DNA of 64,000 bases, taken from NCBI GenBank assembly GCA_964573775.1, contig CAZNKU010000003.1:2997-66996 (forward strand). Reading direction: 5' to 3'. Shown piece by piece: positions 18,805 to 25,510 of this stretch. The notes beneath the pieces were generated by a model. That model ran no database searches. It was not told where the DNA came from and saw nothing but the letters and a program-made list of their open reading frames with translations. Each line of letters starts with the position of its first letter. The stretch's first letter is position 1. Made by a program: the position numbers and the translations under genes. Origin of the DNA: an uncultured Clostridiaceae bacterium. Lineage in GTDB: Bacteria > Bacillota > Clostridia > Monoglobales > Firm-18.

Positions 18805-19662
18805 TCAAAAATCCAATTTGCTTTTAACAACCTCAACCGCATCTCTTGAAATATTGCATTTTAAAAGATATGCAGGAACTGTTTTAAACAACTTATTGTA
18901 AAATTCAAGCAAAAGGTCTGACTGCTTTTTAAACACGGATATAGAGATTTCTCTCATCATACGAATAACTGCCTCCATAGGCTCTATTTCAGTAATTGAA
19001 CATTCTTCTGCACGCTCTATAAACACCATTGCATGAAGGGGAGCAGACATATTTTTATTGATAAATGTCTTTCCTGCCCAGGGTGTACCAAAAGCATGAA
19101 AAACACCGTCCACACAACGTATTGCAGGCATATCGTCATTTATTATGACTGTTTCAGGATAATATTTTTGCCACAATCCTGTATGGGTGGACTTTCCTGT
19201 ACCTGAAGCGGCTGTAAAGGTTACAGCCTTGCCATTATGCATTATGGTGGATGCGTGTAAAACTGCACCGTCAAAACATCTTAACCCCTGTGCAAAAAGG
19301 TGACCAAGCACGTTAACAGCAGTAAGGTCGGGGGCAATTCCGAAAAGCTCTGTAAGGTCGCTGTATGTATAGGAAAAATCATTCCATTTTTTATTAGTTC
19401 TCATAATCGAAACAGTTTTATCAACCTCGGTTATGTAGTCATAAAAACCGCATTCTGTTTCCGTTTCAAAAAAGCTTCTGCCGTTTTTGGTAACAAAAGG
19501 CTCAGGTGTATTACGTACAATGGAATTGTTAAGCTCGAATTTAACAGATATATCCGTACTGTCAAATTTTTCAACCTCGTAATCCTTCATTCTTGAATTA
19601 AAATAATCATAATTTACACCGTCAACCGCAAGGTTTAAACCGGCAATTTTATAATATTTCAT
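18805..19662 (-). CDS. HPr-kinase-like (HprK C-terminal domain-like) P-loop protein
   Basis: The segment LHASTIMHNGKAVTFTAASGTGKSTHT...VIINDD parallels the HprK/P core (Walker A followed by a DD segment). The ATG at 19662 follows a GAGGT RBS. Confidence 0.65.
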   Translation of the reverse strand: MKYYKIAGLNLAVDGVNYDYFNSRMKDYEVEKFDSTDISVKFELNNSIVRNTPEPFVTKNGRSFFETETECGFYDYITEVDKTVSIMRTNKKWNDFSYTYSDLTELFGIAPDLTAVNVLGHLFAQGLRCFDGAVLHASTIMHNGKAVTFTAASGTGKSTHTGLWQKYYPETVIINDDMPAIRCVDGVFHAFGTPWAGKTFINKNMSAPLHAMVFIERAEECSITEIEPMEAVIRMMREISISVFKKQSDLLLEFYNKLFKTVPAYLLKCNISRDAVEVVKSKLDF

Positions 19663-19748
19663 AGCATACCTCGTAAGAAAAACTATACACATATATAATA
19701 CTATATTTTGATGAAATAAGCAAGGTTTTTTTAGTGAATAATTGATTT

Positions 19749-20371
19749 GATAAAAACGTAGGGGAGGGTTTCCACACCCTCCCGATAATATGTGCCTTTT
19801 GCGGGCGGGTACAGAGACCCGCCCCTACGTTTGTGTTTTCACATTTATTCGTAGGGTACGATGCCTTCATCGTACCGCATACATATACCTTTTCGGGCTG
19901 ATGTGGGCATCCGCCCCTACAATGTTGTTTTAAAAGATGTTACAATTAAAAAGAAACACAAGGTGTTTCTACCATAATTATTCATTATTAACTATTTGCA
20001 CTCATCCGTAGCGGGCACAGAGGCACCTCCCCTACGATGTTGTTGGTAAAATTGTAGGGGAGGGTTTCCACACCCTCCCGAATGATAAATGTTGTTGGTA
20101 AAAACATAGGGAGGGTTTCCACACCCTCCCGATAATATGTGCCTTTTGCGGGCGGGTACAGAGACCCGCCCCTACGTTTGTGTTTTCACATTTATTCGTA
20201 GGGTACGATGCCTTCATCGTACCGCATACATATACCTTTTCGGGCTGATGTGGGCATCCGCCCCTACAATGTTGTTTTAAAAGATGTTACAATTAAAAAG
20301 AAACACAAGGTGTTTCTACCATAATTATTCATTATTCATTATTCATTATTCATTATTAACTATTTGCAGTC
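19749..20371. repeat. REP array: 10 GTAGGG-hairpin units in alternating orientation, including a tandemly duplicated block of about 250 bp (19749-19999 and 20096-20357, period 347 bp) and a 7-bp microsatellite
   Basis: Units lie at 19758-83(+), 19801-28(-), 19851-78(+), 19894-920(-), 20008-35(-), 20054-80(+), 20105-30(+), 20148-75(-), 20198-225(+) and 20241-67(-). The heptamer TTCATTA has 2 copies in the first block and 5 in the second. Confidence 0.85.
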
Positions 20372-20464
20372 GGCTGTTTCCAATCAAACTTCGCCATCAC
20401 TCGTTTTCCTGGACATCCTTTGCATGGGATTCGTTCGCCAAATCACAGATTTGGACTCATCCGC
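20372..20464 (-). repeat. Module M1 copy C
   Basis: The reverse complement matches 4619-4711 and 51075-51166. Confidence 0.8.
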
Positions 20465-20493
20465 AAAAAAAAGACGGGTATAAAACCCGTCCT
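20465..20493 (-). terminator. Rho-independent terminator after the 67-aa peptide gene
   Basis: Minus-strand hairpin GACGGGTTTTATACCCGTC followed by TTTTTTTT. Confidence 0.65.
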
Positions 20494-20518
20494 TTAAAAT
20501 TTAACATTTCAATTTGGT

Positions 20519-20722
20519 TTAGCCTTCTACTGATGCAGGAAGTTCTTCTCCATTACCGTTACTTACTGTATTTGAGTAAATAGAAACTGCATAATCAGTA
20601 CTTGCTGTTCCATTCAAATAAGATTTAATCATCTGTTTTCTTAGGTTAGTAAATGAGGCTGCAATATCATTTGAAGATTTTAGATTTACAACCTTTACTG
20701 ATGGTTTTGTATACTTTTTCAT
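20519..20722 (-). CDS. 67-aa Ser/Thr/Asn-rich peptide with a KKYxKPxV N-terminus (candidate RiPP-type precursor)
   Basis: The ATG at 20722 lies 9 nt after a GGGAGGTG RBS that directly follows the stop of the upstream gene. The sequence is MKKYTKPSVKVVNLKSSNDIAASF... Confidence 0.5.
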   Translation of the reverse strand: MKKYTKPSVKVVNLKSSNDIAASFTNLRKQMIKSYLNGTASTDYAVSIYSNTVSNGNGEELPASVEG

Positions 20723-20739
20723 ACTATATTGCACCTCCC

Positions 20740-22095
20740 TTATTCTGTGTACTGTACTAAACGTTCTACTGTGTAGTACTTACCTGGTAAGTCAGTACCG
20801 TCACCAAGAACTGTAAGCTCTTTCCAAACCGGAGCATCTGTTGTACCTTCGTTGATTACAGGTGTAGCTTCGATATCCCACTGTGTAGGATCAAGAGCAC
20901 CTGTGTCAGCACCGTCAAACAACTGGATAGCGAAGTTAGTCTGACCTGTGTAAGCGTTAGCGCAGATACCAAGTTCTACAGCTTGATTTTTTGCATCCTT
21001 AGTAGTAACTTTTGTAGCATCCATAGAAACTGTACCCTTAGGATATGCAGTAATCTTAAGACCTGCTTTATCAGCGATATCTACGGTTGGAGCTGTTACA
21101 AGGAATGTAACTGAATCATACTCAGCACTACCATATTTACCATAGATAGGCTTAGAATCAATTGACATATACTGTTCCAAATCATTCTCTCCCGATGATT
21201 CCATTTTTCTATAAAGAGAAATAATTGCACCAGGTTCAAGAGTAATATTACCGAACATACCGTCTGTAATGTCGTCCTTATAGAAACCATTAACCATCAA
21301 GTTAGTTGAATTATTATCTAAAGTATTATAAATTGTGAATGTAGTACTATCATCGTTAAGTTCACCTGTTACAGAACCTGTTCTTTTTGTATATCTAATA
21401 CGAACGCTATCATAGTTGTTGTCTGTTTCATAGGCAGCCGCATTAACTACGAATGCTACAACATCATCAAGAGGAGCAAACGTCATACGGTTACTTGACA
21501 TGTCGCCGTCATACCAGTTAGGATCAAATCTACTAGCATTCATATTACCTGTTGGGGAAGCAGGAACAACCGTACCGTCAGTTTTAACATAGTACAAATC
21601 TGTTTTATTACCATTGTCGCCTTCGTTCATAAATGTGATACCTGTCAATACATCTGTGAACTTTTCAACGGACTGTATGTAGTCGTAAGGTGCTGTACCG
21701 CTTGTTGCACGAGAAAGTGTATCAACTGTAGATGTGAATTTAACCTTACCGCCTTTAAGGTCTGCATAAGCAGCAGTAAAAGTATCCATTGTAGCAACGC
21801 CATCCGCACCAACTGTAGCCTGGTCGATGTGAAGAATGTTTGAACCGTCTTCCAAAACATCGTAAGATGTTGTAGCTTCTTCACCTTCACCTGTTGTAAC
21901 AGGAGCAACGATAAGGTAAGAAACCATTGAATCTGCAGTACCGCCTGCGATTGCAGCGTTAACTGTAATGTTCTTTGTAGAAACATCATAAGTTGTTGTT
22001 ACATTGTATGTACCGTCAGCACTAACGGAACATACTGCGCATGTCATCACCAAAGTGAAGACAACCAAAGCTGAAATAATTCTTTTTAGCTTCAT
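20740..22095 (-). CDS. Secreted protein of unknown function
   Basis: 451 aa with a signal peptide (cleavage near SVSA/DG). It is Thr/Asp/Gly-rich and I recognise no motif. The ORF is strong and uninterrupted, and its codon usage resembles the SLH gene. Confidence 0.7.
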   Translation of the reverse strand: MKLKRIISALVVFTLVMTCAVCSVSADGTYNVTTTYDVSTKNITVNAAIAGGTADSMVSYLIVAPVTTGEGEEATTSYDVLEDGSNILHIDQATVGADGVATMDTFTAAYADLKGGKVKFTSTVDTLSRATSGTAPYDYIQSVEKFTDVLTGITFMNEGDNGNKTDLYYVKTDGTVVPASPTGNMNASRFDPNWYDGDMSSNRMTFAPLDDVVAFVVNAAAYETDNNYDSVRIRYTKRTGSVTGELNDDSTTFTIYNTLDNNSTNLMVNGFYKDDITDGMFGNITLEPGAIISLYRKMESSGENDLEQYMSIDSKPIYGKYGSAEYDSVTFLVTAPTVDIADKAGLKITAYPKGTVSMDATKVTTKDAKNQAVELGICANAYTGQTNFAIQLFDGADTGALDPTQWDIEATPVINEGTTDAPVWKELTVLGDGTDLPGKYYTVERLVQYTE

Positions 22096-22246
22096 TTTTA
22101 AACCTCCTTGAGTGTTAAAAAATTATAAAAATAATATTAATCATATTTTACAACTTTTTTACAGAAATGTCAATATGTTTTTTAACTTTTTTTTAAAAAA
22201 TATTTTTTAAGGGATAATTGTGGCAGAAACGCCTTGCGTTTCTTTT

Positions 22247-22274
22247 GCGGTACGATGTGGGCATCGTACCCTAC
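22247..22274 (-). repeat. REP unit flanking the 3' end of RAYT-2
   Basis: The minus strand reads GTAGGGTACGATGCCCACATCGTACCGC. Confidence 0.8.
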
Positions 22275-22282
22275 GATTATGT

Positions 22283-22774
22283 TTACATGTTGTTATAAAA
22301 ACAATCCTGCTCCCATTTTAAAACATTGGTATCTATGTATTTCCAAATTTTACGGTAATCTTCATCACCGCGTATTATGTGGTCGTGATAGGAACGTTGC
22401 CAAATAGATACACCAATTGTTTTTGTAACCATTATTTTAAATGAACGCACAATGTTTTCAATATTTACTGTAGGGGACGATGCCCTCATCGTCCCGTTAA
22501 GGACAATAATCAAATGTATGTGATTTGGCATAATCACATATTTATCAACCGTCACATTGTTGTATTTAATATTTATATTCTCAATGTACTTTTTGCATAT
22601 CAATCCACATTCAGATAAATTATTTTTCGGGACGATGTAGGCATCGTCCCCTACGATTATATTTGACAATAATTGTTTTCTGTCCTTTGTACATATTGTA
22701 ATAAAATATGCACCAGGTGTGGAATAATCAAAATTCCTTAATCTTGTTGGTTTTCTTTTTGGCAATTTTTCCAT
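22283..22774 (-). CDS. REP-associated tyrosine transposase (RAYT), copy 2
   Basis: 163 aa, paralog of 18277-18801, with HUH PNHIHLII and a C-terminus YRKIWKYIDTNVLKW. Confidence 0.8.
   Translation of the reverse strand: MEKLPKRKPTRLRNFDYSTPGAYFITICTKDRKQLLSNIIVGDDAYIVPKNNLSECGLICKKYIENINIKYNNVTVDKYVIMPNHIHLIIVLNGTMRASSPTVNIENIVRSFKIMVTKTIGVSIWQRSYHDHIIRGDEDYRKIWKYIDTNVLKWEQDCFYNNM
22470..22496 (+). repeat. REP unit inside the RAYT-2 ORF
   Basis: GTAGGGGACGATGCCCTCATCGTCCCG, with a 9-bp perfect stem. Confidence 0.8.
22628..22654 (-). repeat. REP unit inside the RAYT-2 ORF (inverted partner)
   Basis: CGGGACGATGTAGGCATCGTCCCCTAC on the plus strand. Confidence 0.8.
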
Positions 22775-22788
22775 AATATCATCAATTA

Positions 22789-24471
22789 TTATATTTTAGA
22801 TTTCGGGACGATGTGAGCATCGTCACATACGGTTATTATTTTTCCTTCATTTACAAAAATTTTCTTATCCATATACTCTTCCGCCGCATTTTTATGGGAA
22901 ATAAGTATGCAGGTTTTATCTTTAAGATTTTTTATGTTGCCAAGCATTTTTGCCTCTGTGGCAGAATCCAGTGCCGATGTAGCCTCGTCCAGAAGCAGGA
23001 CAGAAGCATTACGATACAAAGCCCTTGCAACTGCAAGGCGTTGCACCTGACCTTCGGAAATGCCGACACCGTTTTCACCAATTACGGTGTTAATGCCATC
23101 CGTCATTTCGGAAATATCGTCCCAAAGGCAAGCAATTTTAAGACATTCTTCTATTTTTTTGCTATCGGCATTTTCACCAAAAAAAACCACATTTTCCGCA
23201 ACGGTACCTGAAAGCACCATATTACCCTGTGGTACGTAGGAAAACAGATTTCTATAATCTGCACCGAGCATATGCTCGTTACCCTGTGTATCGGTAAGTA
23301 TTATTTCACCGCTATCGGGGCTGTACATAGCAAGCAGTAATTTTAAAAGTGTGCTTTTACCTATGCCTGATACTCCCGATATAAGTACAAAGTCGCCTTT
23401 ATTAATTTTAAGGTCTGTATTTTTAAGCACTGTTTCATCCTTATTATAAGAAAAGGAAACTTTTTTAAATTCTATGCTTTCAAAGTCTGTAATATCAACT
23501 GTATTTTTATCTTCGGCATATTGCACAATGTCCATTAGTCTTTCTGCAGATGCTATCATCTGATAATACTGTGGTATTACGGAAGCGATACCTTTAAAGG
23601 GTGACTGCACCTTACCTACAAGCTGTACCATAGCCATAAGGTTGCCGTAGCTTAGTGTGCCGAAGGCTATGCCGAAAGCACCCCAGCCAAGTGCCAGAAA
23701 GTAACCGAAGGTAAATGCAAATTCTGCCGCAAGGCTTGCCATAATATTATTGTTATTACGTTTTTTTAGTGCCTTATAGTTATTATTCTGTATGCCCTCT
23801 GCATGCTTTACAACTCTATGTTCATTTGCAAAGGATTTTATAACCAACAGGTTTTGTATACATTCCAGCATAAAGGAATTGCTTTTATCACTCCATTTGC
23901 GGCATATAAGGGTATACTTTTTAAGACGTTTGCCCCAAAGCATTGCACCTACACCGACAACTATACCAACAGCCGCACATACAAGTGCAAAAACAGGCTG
24001 TATAACAAGCAGTGCACCAAAGGCGGAAACAACGCCTGTTACAAATGCAAGTATCTGCGGAATTATGCCGATTATTGCACACATTACCACATCGGAATCT
24101 ACGGTGATGCGATTTAAAATTTCACCGCTGTGCATAGAAGTTGCGTGGGCATACTGCATATTTATTGCATTGGAAAATATCTGTCTTTGCAGTTTTAATG
24201 TATGCTTTGCAACAATATCTGCACTTATTTTCATATAAGAAAAGCTTAGCAAAAATTGCAGAATAATCAAAACGCCAAGTAATGTTGCGGATTTTATAAG
24301 TCCATCTTTGTTTTGTGCCACCGCAAAGTCTATTACACTTTTGGACTGCAGTGCAAGCACTACTCCACAAAATGAATTAAGTATTCCTACAATACTTATT
24401 ACGCAAATTCCAGGTATAGCGGGCTTTCCTATGCTTTTTATCCATTGGAGGACAGGATTTTTATTTTTCAA
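22789..24471 (-). CDS. ABC exporter, fused permease/ATPase (type I exporter; no C39 peptidase domain)
   Basis: 560 aa with 6 TM helices, then Walker A GVSGIGKST, the signature ISEGQVQR and Walker B LLLDEATS. The last 11 codons run into a degenerate REP (22804-22830). Confidence 0.85.
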   Translation of the reverse strand: MKNKNPVLQWIKSIGKPAIPGICVISIVGILNSFCGVVLALQSKSVIDFAVAQNKDGLIKSATLLGVLIILQFLLSFSYMKISADIVAKHTLKLQRQIFSNAINMQYAHATSMHSGEILNRITVDSDVVMCAIIGIIPQILAFVTGVVSAFGALLVIQPVFALVCAAVGIVVGVGAMLWGKRLKKYTLICRKWSDKSNSFMLECIQNLLVIKSFANEHRVVKHAEGIQNNNYKALKKRNNNNIMASLAAEFAFTFGYFLALGWGAFGIAFGTLSYGNLMAMVQLVGKVQSPFKGIASVIPQYYQMIASAERLMDIVQYAEDKNTVDITDFESIEFKKVSFSYNKDETVLKNTDLKINKGDFVLISGVSGIGKSTLLKLLLAMYSPDSGEIILTDTQGNEHMLGADYRNLFSYVPQGNMVLSGTVAENVVFFGENADSKKIEECLKIACLWDDISEMTDGINTVIGENGVGISEGQVQRLAVARALYRNASVLLLDEATSALDSATEAKMLGNIKNLKDKTCILISHKNAAEEYMDKKIFVNEGKIITVCDDAHIVPKSKI

Positions 24472-24502
24472 AATCTTTTCTCCCCTTTGTATAGTTATAA
24501 TA

Positions 24503-24648
24503 CGGGAGGGTGCAGAGACCCTCCCCTACGATTATATTTGACAGCAATTGTTTTCTGTCCTTTGTACATATTGTAACAAAATATGCACCCGGTTTGGAAT
24601 AATCAAATTTTTTTAATCTTGTGGCTTTCTTTTTGGCAATTTTTCCAT
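24503..24648 (-). pseudogene. Truncated, frameshifted RAYT N-terminal fragment
   Basis: The minus strand reads ATGGAAAAATTGCCAAAAAGAAAGCCACAAGATTAA... It is colinear with the RAYT-2 5' end but has a 1-nt deletion, and it ends at its first internal REP (24503-24529). Confidence 0.7.
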
Positions 24649-24677
24649 TATATCACCAATTTTTATATTTTGGATTT

Positions 24678-24761
24678 CGGCAGGAGTACCCACAGGGCAC
24701 AGGCAACCCTGTCCTACGATTGTGTTTTATCTTGCGGTACGTCGAAGTCGCCGTACCCTAC
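24678..24761 (-). repeat. Two REP-type units between the RAYT fragment and the S24 peptidase gene
   Basis: 24692-24717 has stem ACAGGG/CCCTGT plus CCTAC. 24734-24761 is GCGGTACGTCGAAGTCGCCGTACCCTAC, 1 nt different from 18253-18280. Confidence 0.75.
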
Positions 24762-24763
24762 GA

Positions 24764-25237
24764 TTATTTAGATTTATCTTTGCGTCTGAACTTCATTGCA
24801 AATTTAAATACAGACGGTCTTACAGGCAACACAAGGCACCACAAAAAGCTGTATATTCTGTACCAAAGACATTTAGTGCTATATTCCTTGCCCTTACGTT
24901 CAAAGGAAGTCATTACTGCCAATATATCTTCTTGCTTAACAGGATATTCTATGGCAACCTGGTCATCGCCGCAAAGCTTAAAACCAAGCTTGCCTTTGCC
25001 CACCACACGGTGCAAAACGTAACTTCCGTCTGCACGGCGATACAAAATTATATCACGCTTTTTAATTTTTTCTGCCCCTGCAACAGTAACCTTATCTCTG
25101 TTATTTATAAACAGGGGATACATACTGTTGCCAACTACCGTAAACTTTATTTCCCTGCCCATTTCTAAAAACGGCAAGGATATATTTACAATATCCTCCA
25201 TAGAGGTCAGTGAAAATCTACCAATTAAATCAGACAT
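24764..25237 (-). CDS. S24/S26-family (LexA/signal-peptidase-like) serine peptidase with a C-terminal hydrophobic segment
   Basis: GNSMYP Ser-nucleophile motif, downstream ..YVLHRVVGKG.., and a hydrophobic stretch IYSFLWCLVLPV. Confidence 0.65.
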   Translation of the reverse strand: MSDLIGRFSLTSMEDIVNISLPFLEMGREIKFTVVGNSMYPLFINNRDKVTVAGAEKIKKRDIILYRRADGSYVLHRVVGKGKLGFKLCGDDQVAIEYPVKQEDILAVMTSFERKGKEYSTKCLWYRIYSFLWCLVLPVRPSVFKFAMKFRRKDKSK

Positions 25238-25505
25238 CTATTACTCCTGCTGCCGCAAGCTCTTTTATAAATATTTTAATATCTCCTGCTGCAGTTTCTT
25301 TATCCACATCATATTCTTTTAAAACAGCTTTAAGTAAATCGCCTTCTGTTTTATCCTCTAAAAGCTGTAACCACAAAAATGCACTTACATCGTTAAGCAT
25401 TATCATAGAGCTGAAATCCAGAACATTGCTTTCGGTAGGTATTACAACGTAGTTGTCGGCAATTTCTCTTAGTTCAAAGCCAGGTTTGATTTTCAATACA
25501 TTCAC
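25230..25505 (-). CDS. PqqD-family protein (RiPP recognition element-like)
   Basis: 91 aa. The pattern ..Y.V.P.......MI.LNDVSAFLW..L....T...L........Y.VD.E.A..DI..FI..L...G is typical of PqqD/RRE proteins. Confidence 0.7.
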   Translation of the reverse strand: MNVLKIKPGFELREIADNYVVIPTESNVLDFSSMIMLNDVSAFLWLQLLEDKTEGDLLKAVLKEYDVDKETAAGDIKIFIKELAAAGVIDV

Positions 25506-25510
25506 CCCAA

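Noticed and set aside
19649-20217. ORFs 19649..19870 (73 aa) and 20032..20217 (61 aa), both beginning MKASYPTNKCENTNVGAGLCTRPQKAHIIGRVWKPS
   Set aside because: They are read-throughs of the REP array. The identical peptide comes from the tandem duplication. There is no RBS, and the composition is dictated by the GC-rich hairpins.
19749-20371. Possible CRISPR array
   Set aside because: The repeated units are self-complementary hairpins in alternating orientation with differing sequences. There is no constant direct repeat with a regular spacer period, and no cas genes are present.
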